A stretch of DNA of 64,000 nt from Octopus vulgaris. Its lineage: Eukaryota. The stretch spans positions 34,720,001 to 34,784,000 of the forward strand of contig OX597832.1 in the NCBI GenBank assembly GCA_951406725.2, read 5' to 3'. The position numbers and the translations under genes were made by a program. Positions 1 through 13,420 of this stretch are shown piece by piece (positions within the stretch are counted from its first letter, which is position 1; each line of letters begins with the position of its first letter). Under the pieces are notes generated by a model that did no database searches, was not told the DNA's origin, and saw nothing but the letters and a program-made list of their open reading frames with translations.

Positions 1-188
1 CATTATATTCCTTGGAAGAAAGCAACGAATGTATACGAAAACAAGGACGGAAAAAACGGAGAATGTTACACAAACACAAATAACAGGACACAACAACAGG
101 TGTCTTTCGACTAAGGACGAATTAAATTAAGCTGGTGTGTGTGGAAGTAAAGCCTTACGGCAGGGATCTCCCTGTGCCTGTGAAATCT

Positions 189-228
<40 letters not shown>

Positions 229-236
229 CATATATA

Positions 237-276
<40 letters not shown>

Positions 277-317
277 CATATATATATATGTGTATATATA
301 TATATATATATATAAGC

Positions 318-364
<47 letters not shown>

Positions 365-366
365 TG

Positions 367-406
<40 letters not shown>

Positions 407-584
407 TGTATGTATATATATATTTATATATAATGCATGTATATAAAGAAGAACCACCATGTAGCAGTTCAACAATGATATACTTAAATCATACCATATA
501 GAAAAAATTAAAGATACGATAAAACATTTACCTAGAACTAAATAAAGGACGAAATAATGAATAAATAGTATATAATTAGTAAAT

Positions 585-667
585 ACACTACACGTGTTTC
601 GTGGCTATATTTTCAATTTGATAACAATAAAATCAATTCAATTTAAATAGTCATTCATCAGGTCCAA
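585..667 (-). ncRNA. Degenerate type I hammerhead ribozyme-like motif in an AT-rich, (TA)n-flanked insert (~445-1040)
   Basis: Minus strand: ggac-CUGAUGA-augacuau...auagccac-GAAA-cacgug-UA-gug. Core is intact and stem III is palindromic; stems I and II have mismatches. Confidence 0.55.
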
Positions 668-1334
668 GATAAAAACAATAAAATAATTAAATAAATGTAC
701 GTATATTATCTTATAAGAAAATATAAATATATATAAAAATACGTAATTTTTCAATAAAAATCGAACAAAATTCAACAATATATCTTAAAACAAAAACACG
801 AAATATCTTATCGAATATATTCTGTTAACTAAATCTTTAAACTTAATACGTAGGACCTAGTGTTTATAATAAATTTATCTCATTAAAAACGTGGCGTAAA
901 TAAAACTAGAATAAATAAAGAGAAATATTTATTTTATCAATGAAAATATATTTTAGCTTATAGAATAAAAATAACAAACCATAGTATATCATTACTGGAA
1001 AATTAAGATACAAGTAATTAAAAGAAAATATTTAAAACAATATATATATATATATATATATATAAAATACATAATATACTTTAAGTGAAGCTAAAATACT
1101 ATAATCCAATGTATATCCATTAAATTATTTATTTATGTATTTATTAAATAAACATCTAAGTTTAATCCTATTCCAATTATGTAATATATACAAAAAAATC
1201 CCACAAACTATAAATACAAGAATTAAAAGTAGAAAAATGGTTCAATTATATACACGCAAATTAGTTAAACTTATTATATAATTAATTCAATTTATGTATA
1301 GATTCAATATTTCACTCATTTATAGAATTATATT

Positions 1335-1620
1335 ATAGATTCAGGTCGACCAAAGCCTTGTGAGTGGGTTTCGTACACGAACACTGAAAAAAGACTGTTG
1401 TATATATGTGTATATTTGTGTGTGTGAGTGTGTTTGTATCCCCACCATTGCTTGACAACCGATGTTGCTGTGTTTACATTCCCATAACTTAGCAGTTCGG
1501 TAAAAGACACTGATAAAATAAGTACTAGGCTTACAAATGATAAATCCTGTGGTTGATTAATTCAACCATCGGTGATGCTCCAGCATGGCCGCAGTCACAT
1601 GACTGAAACAAGTAAAGCAA
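1335..1620 (+). mobile_element. SINE fragment (body and 3' tail)
   Basis: cttgacaaccgatg...aataagtactaggcttacaaa...gctccagcatggccgcagtcacatgactgaaacaag; same tail recurs at ~4060-4230 and ~12650-12820. Confidence 0.75.
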
Positions 1621-1668
1621 TAAAAAAAACTGTCATTTTAGCCCGAGCAAGGCCCGATATTTCTGCTA

Positions 1669-1702
<34 letters not shown>

Positions 1703-1705
<3 letters not shown>

Positions 1706-2560
1706 AGGAAAAATTATAATAGAGCAGAATGCTAAATTGAAAGTAAATTTTAATAAAAATGGGTGTATGGAAAATTAAAAAAAAGAAAAAATAATAAATC
1801 AAACCGGTTTTCATCGCAAGGCAAATTTTCAAGATTTGGAAGGGGAAAATAATTTTTTTTAAATTGAGGAAGGGGAAAAAAGAAATTTACAATGTTTTTT
1901 TCAAAAAAATAATAATACATATATAGAAATATTAATAAATAAGTATACCGATACATTGTAGAGTCTTTATACTTTTAGAGTTCAATAATAGTCCTTGGAA
2001 AAATTTCTTTGGAGGATTAAGATCCATGTGATTAAAAGTAGTGCTTGGTTTAAAGCGTTTGGTAAAAAAGTGTCAAAACAGGAAATGGGGTAGGAGTTAT
2101 CCAGTTCCTGTGAGTTAGGAGAGACAATTCTGTGGATGTTATACTCTTCAATTGGAATGATGGATTTTTTGTCAAACAGGATGCCTATATCAATTTTTTG
2201 TCATATAGGATGCTAGAAAAGGAGTATGGTCATCGTGGAGTTTGCATATTAAGATGCGTTTGGAATTTTTCAATGAAAAGATTCTCCTTGTTGATTCTTT
2301 CTTGTGTAGAGATTCCGTCTTTACATTGGTAGAAAGGGAATATGTGAAATTTAGTATTTTTGTCTCTAGCGCAAGAGTCTATGTGGTTACTTAGTGGAAT
2401 TTGACGGTATTGTGGGAGATTTATCTGTTCTTTATTGACCGCTACTCTTCTAAGTAAAGGAAGGCTCGTTTGTCCAACATAATTGTGTTGGCAACCGGCG
2501 CATGTGAGAACGTAGATGAGGTTCTCGGAGGAACAGGAGAAGTTGGTCTCACCCATTTTT
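1703..2560 (-). mobile_element. 5'-truncated Penelope-like element: GIY-YIG endonuclease plus 3' region with a decayed hammerhead
   Basis: ORF 2230-2556 NLIYVLTCAGCQHNYVGQT...LSNHIDSC...KENLFIEKFQTHLN (GIY-YIG with CxxC). Hammerhead-like motif at 1796-1837; element ends in (TA)n. Confidence 0.8.
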
Positions 2561-2777
2561 ATTAAAATTTACTTTCAATTTAGCATTCTGCCTTATTATA
2601 ATTTTTCCTCTCCTATCATTTCTCCACGTGCGGTCAACACAACCAACCCCACCATTTACTGATTTATATATATTAAATTCAAATTACGATGAAAGTAAAC
2701 AAACATCGAAGTTTGCCTTAGAAGCGTTGAGATGTCTTACAAAGTTAAAGAAATGATTTTAAATTCTCATATATATA

Positions 2778-3988
2778 CATGGGTTGGATAGAATAATAGA
2801 AAGACCTTAAAATTTCAAACAAATTTATTTTAATATGGGCTAGGACCACCTTTGGCAATAATTACAGCTTGAATTCTACGAAGTATAGACTCGTACAAAA
2901 TTTGAATTGTTTCCAAAAGAAATTTTGTCCATTCTTCCGCTAAAAGAATCCTCAGTTCTTGTAGTGATGATGGTGGAGGATATCGACTCCTTACTTCTTT
3001 TTCTAAAACGCACCATAAATTTTCAATAATATTGAGATATGGGGACTGTGGTGGCCAGATAAGATGTTCAATTTCACTAGAATGCTCCTCGTACCTTTCA
3101 CTAACAACTTCAGCTGTGTGAATTGGGGCATTATCATCTTGAAAGATTGCGTTTCACTCCGAAAACAGTTCCGCAACCATAGGATGAATTTGATCAGATA
3201 AAATGCTTAAATAATCTCGACTCTTGATTCTGCCATGAAGGGGAACCATTGGGCCGGTGGATTTCTAAGATATAGCTCCCTCAGATCATTACAGATCTTC
3301 CTCCATGTTTAACAGTTGGATGAAGGCAGTCTGGGTCAAATGCTTCTTTTGTCTATCTCTACATGTATACTGGGCCACTGGTCGGAAATAAGGTAAAGCA
3401 TGACTCGTCCGAGAAAATAACATTCTTCCACTGCTATAGAGACCAATTATGTGGGTTTTTACTCCACTCTAAACGCTTTACAACGTTTGTTTTTGAAAGT
3501 AGTGGTTTTCTGATTGCAGCCCTCCCGTGAAATCCGGCTTTGTGCAACTTCCGGCGAATTTTGGGAGCTGTACTTTTGTAATCCTTTCTAACAATTTGCA
3601 TAAGTGTCCAACGGTCCCTAACTGAAAGTTTTGGTTTTCTTCCGGAGTTTTGTTTCGACGATGAGGTTTTTCCTTCTTTCTCAAAGGCTGTAGTTACTTT
3701 CGAGACAGTACTTCTTGATACACCAAACATTTCAGCTGGTTTCGTTATGCTAGCGCCTGCCATACGAGCCCCAACAATTTGATTCTTTGAAAGTTCGATA
3801 GATCTGTCATTTTCATGAATTTTAATTACCTTTTTATGATGATATCTGAAAAGAAACAGCAATTTTAGCAAAATATATTAAGCAACACTAATAATAAATC
3901 AAAAAACAAAATAAACAAGCTTTTGATGGTTTTATAGATATTTCAAAATTATGATGCTAGATGTTTCCATTATTTTGTCCAACCCCTG
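2778..3988 (-). mobile_element. Tc1-like DNA transposon, decayed, near full length
   Basis: Imperfect TIRs (catgggttggatagaataatagaaa / tttccattattttgtccaacccctg) flanked by TA. HTH ORF 3434-3871 GVSRSTVSKV...GRKPKL...KPLLS; catalytic remnants FSDES, FQDDNAPIH, WPPQSP.LNIIENLW in broken frames. Confidence 0.9.
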
Positions 3989-4057
3989 TATATATATGTA
4001 TGTGCGTGTGTGTGTGTGTGTCTGAATGTATGTATATATCTATGTATATATTTGTGT

Positions 4058-4232
4058 GCTTGACAACCGATGCTGGTTTGTTTACGTCACCGTAACCTAG
4101 TGGTTCGGCACAAAGTTCAATAGAATAAGTTCTAGGCTTACAAAGAATAAGTTCTAGTATCGATTTGTTCGATTAAAATCCCTTAAGGTGGTGCTCCACC
4201 ATGGCCGTAGTTAAACGACTGAAACAAGTAAA
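4058..4232 (+). mobile_element. SINE 3' tail fragment
   Basis: cttgacaaccgatgctgg...ggtggtgctccaccatggccgtagttaaacgactgaaacaag, similar to 1450-1620. Confidence 0.7.
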
Positions 4233-4551
4233 AATATGAATATACATACATATATTAAAACAGGCCCACATATACACGTATATACACACACACATACACA
4301 CACACACATATATATATTAAGTTATAGGATACATTTTTCATATCTACGCCAATTTACACCAGTAAATTCTCACCAAAGTATGAAGAATCAACGTTAGAAA
4401 TCATTTTGCAAACCACTCCAATTAAAGGACAAATCCACATTCAACGTTTTACACATATACGCGCGCGCGCACACTTATATACATACATACATACATACAT
4501 ACATACATACATACATACATACATACATACATACATACATACATACATACA

Positions 4552-4843
4552 TACAAAAACAATTGCAGCATGGAAGGCGTTTATAAACCATTTAAAAATA
4601 CAGAAAAACTGTTAGATTCATTTCAACATTTAAATTTAATTTTTCAAAATATTGTCGTCGCTTTGAAACCGCGACCTGTTCACTGACAAAATTCTGTGCT
4701 GAACGGAATTGAAATGTTGAAGTGAATCTAACGCGTTTTGTGTGTTTTTAAAAGGCTTATAAACACCTTCCACACTGCAATTGTTTTTGTTTTAGCACAC
4801 GATCTCAAATCAAGTCACTTGCTATGCAAGTACATCTCCGTAA
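4552..4843. repeat. Fold-back (inverted-repeat) element, probably PLE pseudo-LTR derived
   Basis: Imperfect ~80-bp inverted arms, acaaaaacaattgcagcatggaagg...tcaacattt (~4553-4631) and aaatgttgaag...tgcaattgtttttgt (~4712-4790), next to (TACA)n. Confidence 0.6.
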
Positions 4844-5434
4844 TACATGCATGCATACACATACACACTCACACATACACACACACATATATATTTATAT
4901 ATATACGTGTTGTTATATGCTAAATTTATATATATATATATATCCGACTGAGCATCTGTTAAGTGTTACAACACAGAATACTACAGCAACAACAACATCA
5001 ATAGCGACAGAAAAAAGAAACTGGAGGAGAGTAAACACTGGGTCTACGTTAATCTGCTCATCTCATTTCTCACAGATCTTTTGTTTGAACGAGGAGTTTT
5101 CAGTCTTTAAGTTGCACTCTTTGCAGAGAAAAAGAGTACATAGTGACTGGTAAAAACAGATGTATTTCGTTGGTGTTGTTGTTTTGGTTTTCTTTGGGTT
5201 TTTTCTTTTTAACTCAAGTTGAACTTCCACCTGAACACAAAGGCTGAGTGTAAACCTAACCCATACACAAGTATGAGACGTTTCGCTACATCCGTAATAG
5301 CGCCGCCTATGCTGCCATTGAGTCGACGCTGACTTATCAAACGTTTTAATATTTCTTTCATAATTTCTTTGCTTCCGTCTCTCTATCTCTCTTTCTTTTT
5401 CCTCTCTCTCCCTTTCTCTCTCTCTCTCTCTCTC

Positions 5435-5475
<41 letters not shown>

Positions 5476-6267
5476 TTCCTTCTTTGTTTATGTATGCGAT
5501 CATATTTCTTTTTATGTGTAAGAGAAGCAGAAAAGTGTTTGTTTCAATCGTGTTAAATTAATAAATTTTAATGTCTCTCTTTCCCTCTCTCCCCATCACA
5601 CTTTCTATCTGCGCGTGATTGTGTGTGTGTGTGTGTGTGTGCGTGCGTGTGCATATGCGCGTGTTAGTGTGTGTATGTGCATATGTGTGTCTGTGTGCAT
5701 GTGTTTTCTGCCAGTAATACAAAGTACTGTCACCGAAACATGCTGAACGTCGTATCAGCCGTGCCAAATTGCCAGCGGCCACACAGCTGCGCCAGATCGT
5801 TCTGCCTAGATACAGGCATTTTTTATTGCTGCTGCTTTTGTTGTTGATGATGATGATGCCGTTGTTGTCGTTGTCGTCGTTGCCCAAAGTACTTTGCTGC
5901 CCTGACTGTACGGCCTAACCTTTTTCACACCAAGAGTATCAAGGACTAAATTATTCAAAGTACTACTTTCTTTTTAAAAGAAAAAAGAAAACAGTAGGAT
6001 GTGAGTCGAGGAAGTTTTCTATTCCCAATCATGTGATTTCGAGCCAGCCCTACCACCACCATTACTAATACCACTCCCCGCCACCACTCTTCCACCTCTG
6101 GCTAACAATTAATAATAATAATAATAATAATAATGATGATGATGATGATGATGATGATGACGATGACGATGATGATGATAAGAAGAGGAAGAAGAGGGAG
6201 GAGGGGGAGAAGAAGAAGAAGAATGCATTATTTACATAATAATAATAATAATGCATTATTTACACAA

Positions 6268-6440
6268 GGGCAGTCGATCACATCGACCTAAATGTTTCAC
6301 TGGTACTTAATTTATCACACCCGAAAGGATGAAAGGCAAAGTCGACCTCGGCGGAATTTGAACTGAGAACAAAGCAACGGACAAAATACCGCTAAGCATT
6401 TCGCCCGGCGTGCTAACGACTCTGTCAGCTTGCCGCTTTA
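6268..6440 (-). mobile_element. tRNA-derived SINE, 5' part
   Basis: Minus strand ggcggcaagctgacagagtcgttagcac...gttcaaattcc (A/B-box-like), then gaggtcgactttgcctttcatcc. Confidence 0.65.
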
Positions 6441-6443
6441 AAT

Positions 6444-6482
<39 letters not shown>

Positions 6483-8154
6483 CCTTTCTACTTTACGCAA
6501 AGAAATGCTTTGCAGTATGTCTTTTGATTTTCTATACGTTTTGATTTAAAAACCTGGCGAAATCCATTTTGTTTTCATAACCTCCAGGAATTATAAACTA
6601 TAGTACCCGTCGTGTATTAAGGTCGATGTCATCGACTGAATCCCTCTTTTACCGAGATATAGAAAAATAAAGTGTAATGAATGAGAAGCATCAGGTGACG
6701 TGTTAAATAGGAATTAACCAACCAGTCAGTAAAAAGAATAGATATTACTTTGGTATAGAGGTGGGGGGGGGGGTAAGAATTCCTAGACGCATTTCTAGAT
6801 CTAGAAATGCGTCTGGGAATCCGACAGGAAGAAAAACTGTGAAGATATGGATTTTTTACACCTTTTTACCATAAGAGAGACTTTTTCTCCTCGGTAACTG
6901 CAGTGAATCTGCCTTTAAAGGTTGAAATATGCCACAAACATATTTTAACTAGCCTGAGGTTCGCTTACGCTTAAATAAAGCTTGGCGCTGATACTACTGT
7001 AATCTGTGTGTATGTGTGTGTGTGTGTGTGTGTGCATATATACTACCACACATACGCGCAACGCATGCGGAGCTCACTAAGAAAAAACACACATGCATAC
7101 TAGACGACAACGATAAAATGAACGCTCTAAGAGTTAATATGACTATAAATCATCTGGTAAGTATAAAGAATTTTCCAGTAAATGTTTAGATAATCGAAGT
7201 TGTGATGAGTTGAGAGAAAGTCTAGAACAGCACCGAGCTAAATTCATTACTTGCGATATTCAATTTTCCTCCCCTTTTATGTTTAGAATTTAAAAATATA
7301 AATATCCCACAAAGCTGAGCTTTATCTTTTATCCTTTTCCTAATCGATAAAATGAGTACTAGTAATTATATTATAATATAATCGTTTATACTCAACTCTC
7401 ACCGACAAAAACTGGCCTTGGCCATGTCCCTGGTGAAAGGGAATCAATATGGCGATAATGAAATATCTTACACTTCCTTTGTTTTCTAATGACAAATGGC
7501 GTCCATTTTGAAAGCTTTGCCTCTTGGCTTAACAGTAATCTGGCTGTCCGCATGAAATGTGTATGCAACGAACGGGAAAAACCTATTAACGACACAGGAT
7601 TGGACTATAAAAACCTATCAAACAACCCATCTTAAACATGTTTCGTTTAATAGACAAGCATCGTAAATCCATTTAGTTGGCGAAAATTACAAAGAATTTT
7701 CCTCAAAGCACACACATATTCCAGAAGAGAATTCAATCATGCTTGTAAACAGAATATCAGAGACACGCTCTTTGCTATCTGCTGCTCGTCGCTATCTTTA
7801 TAAGCCATTACTATGCACATTAATGAAGCAACAACAGTGGCAACAGGTAATTATGCTCTTCTGTCGAGTGTTTAGTCAATTTGGTAACAACAATCACACA
7901 CGCTCTTAGCCCCCTTCGGGTGGGTGGCAGGGAGATAGATCATTTGTATAAGGACACAAAAGATCGTGCGGTATTAAAGCATGTAAATGATACCGATGCC
8001 TTCGTTTTATCTTTACGCGTGATTAGAATATAACCGGAAGTCGATGTAGTGATTCAAAATATCATCAAAATGTTTCAGTCTGTTTACTAACGGAACTACA
8101 TTGAGTAACTGACGTGGACGATAAATAAATGAATAATATTTGGAATCAAAGGAC

Positions 8155-8219
<65 letters not shown>

Positions 8220-8984
8220 ACTGTAGGTATGGAGATGTATATATATGATTACATTTATATATGCATGTATATGTCTACGTATATATGAATGTGTGTGTGT
8301 ATACGTATACATATACATAAATATATATCTTAATATATATTTGAATTTAATAGTTTTTATATACATATATAAATTTATGTGTGTGAGTGTGTGTGTATGA
8401 GTGTGTGTATGCATACGTATTCGTATATCAGTATATACATATAACAATACACAAACAGGACAGTGAAAACAAACAGAAAGGGCTGCTAAGCCTAAACGAG
8501 GTTGTGGTGGCGAACGTGTAAATCAATCTTGGAAAGGAGACAGACAAGAACACGTCTTCCTGGTTCCAGCTACAACGGAGAGAAAGAAAGGAACACAAGT
8601 TAGGAGAAGAAAGAAAGATAGCCGATGGTCACGTGGGAGCTACGTGAGCAAGGGAGGTGTCCTGTTTGTGTTACTAATTTTGACCCTCCACAAAATCCCA
8701 AATTTTATTTAATTTGCTTTGCGAGAGTAACTGTTTTACCGAAAGCTTATATCATTAAATGCTCGAAATACGAGACTAGAAAAACAGCCAACAACTTATG
8801 GAGGGTCGTGCCTTATGTTTGTTTTGTTGTCCATTTGTGTCTTTCGTTGTTCGAAAATATAGTTCATATTCGATCTAGTCATATTTTATTTTTTTTGTTG
8901 TACACGTTTCATGACGTCCTGTGCCCACATATGCATAAATATATATTATGCGTATAGATGTATGTACATATACGTATGTATATA

Positions 8985-9037
<53 letters not shown>

Positions 9038-9639
9038 TAGACTATTATATGATTGAACGCCACGCATCCTCTTCCAAGTAAGTGTTATATATATATATGT
9101 ATGTGTGTGTGTGTGTGTGTGTGTATATATTCTTCTTTGTCAGCCGTTGTCCAACATACGCTCACCAATTTTATTTTCTTCATCCCACATGATGCTGTTA
9201 GTTAAAATTAGTCCAGTATAAAGTGCTGCTGTATCTCAGACAACACGGTTATAGTAGAGTGACGTTACTCTGTTGCCTCTCTACGCTATATTTGTCCAGG
9301 GCCTATATGTCTCGTCACGCCTTCTTCTTTCCAGTCTTCTTTGTTAAACTTTGTTGCCATTTTTGATGATTTTTCCACACAGTTGTCTCTGTTGAGTGTA
9401 ATCTTGTTGATGCCCCTCCAACGTCTTTTTTTTTTTTTATCACTACAGCACGAGTATCATTTACATTTGTTCATGTTCTCGCCGAATTCTTTGTTTGTTT
9501 CTAATGTGTTATACCTAATATTGATCTTTACATTTTATATTGGCATGCTGATAGTTTCTTCCAAGTTCTTACTGAAACCAACGCAAATTTTCACACTCCA
9601 ATATCTGAAACTAGTAAAAGAATAAAAGAACATGTGCAG

Positions 9640-9748
<109 letters not shown>

Positions 9749-9889
9749 CGTGCGTACGTGCGTGTGTGTGTGTGTATGTATGTATGTATGTATGTATGTA
9801 TGTGTGTACGTATATATGTATTTGGACATGCATGCATGCATACATCATTGCATGCATGTATTATGTATGTACGTATGTATGTGTGGATT

Positions 9890-11930
9890 TTGGCTAGTGG
9901 ACTCACTCGGCATTGTAGGTCCCAGCATCCTGGGACCTACATCAGTTGACAGCCGGATCCGTCCTACACGTGACAACAGGTGTTCGACATAAACCCACAG
10001 GCCAGGAATCCTCGGGTACTGGACGAGTGCATGCAGAACTGTCTCGACGTCCTGCGAGCATCTCGGAGATGCTCGTCTGACGGCACTTCCGTGCCTGTAA
10101 AGTTTATCTCGAACTAGCAAAGCTCCCCGGTAGCACTGCCAAGTCAGAGATTTATGGAAATTATCCATCGGTCCCGGGCCGAAAGTTCTGCGGAAAAGAG
10201 CGGCTAGTTGATCTTCAACGCTCTCTATATAAAAAGCTAATCCTCTATAAAAAGCTAAAGTGGACATTCCACCTATCGCAGTGCTCGATTGGCCGAGGGC
10301 TGTGGACGCTTGAATATATTCCACTTTCCAAATACTCTTCCTCGGTCTGTGTTTTACTCAGGATTGCAGCTCCGTTAAAGAAACTAGCTGCGGAAATACG
10401 TGCCTGGCGAACGGCGACCACACCTGTTCACCGTCAAGGAGGCACTGGAGATGTCGCAGCCTCAGTACATGTCTGCGCATCAATAACCACGGCATGCCTA
10501 GGCCACCACTCAGCAGGTGTTGGCAGTAGACAGACCACCTGATCATCGGGACGCATCCTTTCCACAAGAAGCGTAATCAGACGGTGGCCCGGACAAGGCA
10601 CGACGGCCAAGCGATAGCAGATGACGGACGCTATGTACTCATTAGCTATCTCTGCCCGACATTTCAGGGATAGCTTTCTCTCGGCCCATTTCTGGGTGAG
10701 GGTACTTACCCTGCTCGTTGCTTCGTCCCAGTTTTTGTCCATCTGCAGGTCCAGACTGAACCAGACCCTGAGGAATTTAACCCGTCCGTCCGTCCAGCGC
10801 CCAACGACGCCCACTGTCGAAAGCCCACTGATTTTTCCTTGTTAATCGTTGCCCCAGAAACAGCCACGTAGAAAGCGGTGCTGATCATTTCTGTATATTT
10901 ATCATCCAACACCACTACGGTGACATCATTGGCATATGTCGACACGCATAATTCACATCCTAGGTCATGCGGGATGCCTCTCAACACCTCCAGTTTGTGC
11001 AATAGTGACACAAGAGTTAGTACATACAAGAGAGACGAGAGGATGTAATTTTGCCGGACCGAGCGCATGATGTTGAACTGCTCTGACCATTCACTTTGAT
11101 GACTGAACAGATGTCACTGTGGCGTTGCAGCGACCCAGCACCGGAATACAGGCCCGAAGCCAGCTGCCTTGAGGACCACCGCCAGGTAAAGATAGTCGAC
11201 CATATCGAAAGATTTAGGCTGATCTAAATTGATCAGGGGCCACCCATGCCAGGTTCTTTAGCCGCTTTTTCAATAATGTATCGTATAAAGTGGAGGTTGT
11301 CATGGATAGATTTTTACTGGGTGGCACATGTATGTGCCTCCTCTACAAGATACCTGACAATAAGTGCCAAGCTCGTAGCTAACACCTTGGCCAAAATTTT
11401 GAAATCTGCAATCAGCAGTGTTATGGGCCTAAAGTTGTGAATACAGTTCCCCTTGTTCGAGCCTTTTCTCAGCAACTTTACCGCTCCTCGGATCACAAAA
11501 CTGGAAATTCTCCCATTTTGTTTCCAGTTGTAGTAAACGTTTGCTAAGAGATCGCTGAACAAGACTGGCATGTAAGCGTAAAGGTCATAGGTCAGACCAT
11601 CCGAATCAGGCAATTTACCCCTCGTGCAGCTAGCCATTGCTTCCTGTATTTCAAAGGTTGTTATCAGCCTTTCGCAGCGCTCCGCCTCCGTCACCGACAG
11701 CCGCGGCAGTCCTTCGAAGTCCGTCCTACTGCTTCCGAACAATTTAGCCAAGTGCCGCTGAAAGGCCGCACACATCTGTCTCGGATCAGTTGTCATTTGC
11801 CTGTCGTGATCCGACAAGGATCAGATCGTGGATGTATTTCTACGCCGTGCCTCTGCCACTCGCACTCATAGAACAGCTTTCGTCCCTGCGTGTCTAAGTG
11901 CTTGTGCCTTAGTTCTGACAATGCAACGTT
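9890..11930 (-). mobile_element. Decayed L1/Tx1-like LINE ORF2 (RT) fragment
   Basis: Frameshifted ORFs with PDSDGLTYDLY, FRPITLLIADFKILAKVLA, YANDVT (YADD equivalent), INKEKS and GGLGMP. Confidence 0.8.
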
Positions 11931-12254
11931 CTAATTTTTAGTATAAACTCGCAGTCATAAAAATGAGGACATTGCAAGAGAAATTACAAGAAACGTTGGT
12001 GTCTTTCGTCAAATTAAGGAAGAGCAGCAGGCAAGATGAAAGGAAACTATACAATAAAAACAAAACCCCATTTAAGGACAACGGCAATAACAACAACAAT
12101 AATGATAATAATAAATGAGTAAAATAAACAATTAACTGTTGACTATATCGAAGTGTAACATCATGGTGAAGAGAGGAAGGGGGGGACGGTGGAAAAGGAG
12201 GAAGAGGTAAGATAAACAAAGGAAAAAAGGAAAGAGGAATCAGTCATTACACAA

Positions 12255-12287
<33 letters not shown>

Positions 12288-12290
12288 AGA

Positions 12291-12820
12291 GAGGCGCATG
12301 GCTTAGTGGTTAGGGTGTTGCACTCACGATCTAGCGATCGTGATTTCAATTCCTGTACCTAGTGGTGCACTGTGTTCTTGAGCAAAACACTTCATCTCAC
12401 GTTGCTCTGTGATCACTTTGACACCTGACACGAGGCACACTTGTGCACCTGTTCAGACATTGTCGATTTGATGGAGGGAGTGAGAGAGCTAATGTGCGGC
12501 ACATACATTTGATCGCTATCAAACAAAGCATTTGTGCAGGTCGTTCGGCAAAAGCTGAACGCTCACGCATCATCTTCGACGGAAGTTCAATCATGTGTGT
12601 ATGTGTGTGTGTGTGTGTGTCTTTGTGTCTGTGTTTGTCCTTCCATCACCGCCTGACAACCTGTGTTGGTGTGTTTACGTACCCGTAACTTAGCGGTTCG
12701 GCAAAAGAGAACAATAGAATAAGTACTAAGCTATAAAATAAGCCCTGAGGTCGATTTGTTCGACTAAACCCTTCGAGGCGGTGCTCCAGCATGGCCGTGG
12801 TCCAATGGTTGAAACAAGTA
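12291..12820 (+). mobile_element. Near full-length tRNA-derived SINE
   Basis: A box tggcttagtgg, B-box-like gatttcaattcc, internal (GT)n, shared tail ggcggtgctccagcatggccg...gaaacaag. Confidence 0.8.
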
Positions 12821-13211
12821 ATATATATATAAGAAAATGGAGAGGATACAAAACGACAAACATCATCCGCTAGACATTCCCGTGTTTCGATTTATTCCAA
12901 AGCGTTAGAAAGTATTAGAAGAAAACATACACATGTAGTAACTATGTGTTACACACACATGCGTTAATATTACAGAAAAGAGCAAAAAGTCAGTTGCTTA
13001 CGGCCGTTTCTGCCAAGAGGCAACGAAATTCTCCATGCCATCTCTATCCTTCAGTGTTCTGTAGGGATGGGCAGATAAAGTTTGGATGATGAGTATGCCT
13101 CTAGGCTTCTTCAGAGGGTCTAAGTGGTTGGGAGGGCTAATACATATAACAAACTGTTAACAATAGGCACAGTGTATTTGCCATTATTGGAAAGGGCAAA
13201 AAAAGAATAGG

Positions 13212-13278
<67 letters not shown>

Positions 13279-13280
<2 letters not shown>

Positions 13281-13420
13281 CTTTTACGCAGATTTTGTCT
13301 ACCAAATTCACTCACACTGCACATTGGTCGGCTTGGAGCTATAGTAGGTGACAAATGCCCAAGGTGCCGCGCTATGAGAATAAACTCGAAAGTACGTGGT
13401 TACAAAGCGAACTTTTTAAG
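13279..13420 (-). mobile_element. Degenerate SINE fragment
   Basis: Reverse complement resembles the SINE at 52095-52238 (...accttgggca...gtgagtgaatttggtagac). Confidence 0.55.

Noticed and set aside
5076-5150. Possible small exon (ctcacag|ATC...TG|gtaaaa)
   Set aside because: The splice-like signals could be chance matches; the peptide is unrecognisable and nothing links it to the 21698 exon.
9130-9600. Possible highly decayed RTE 3' fragment on the minus strand
   Set aside because: Only vague similarity; no unambiguous motif is readable.
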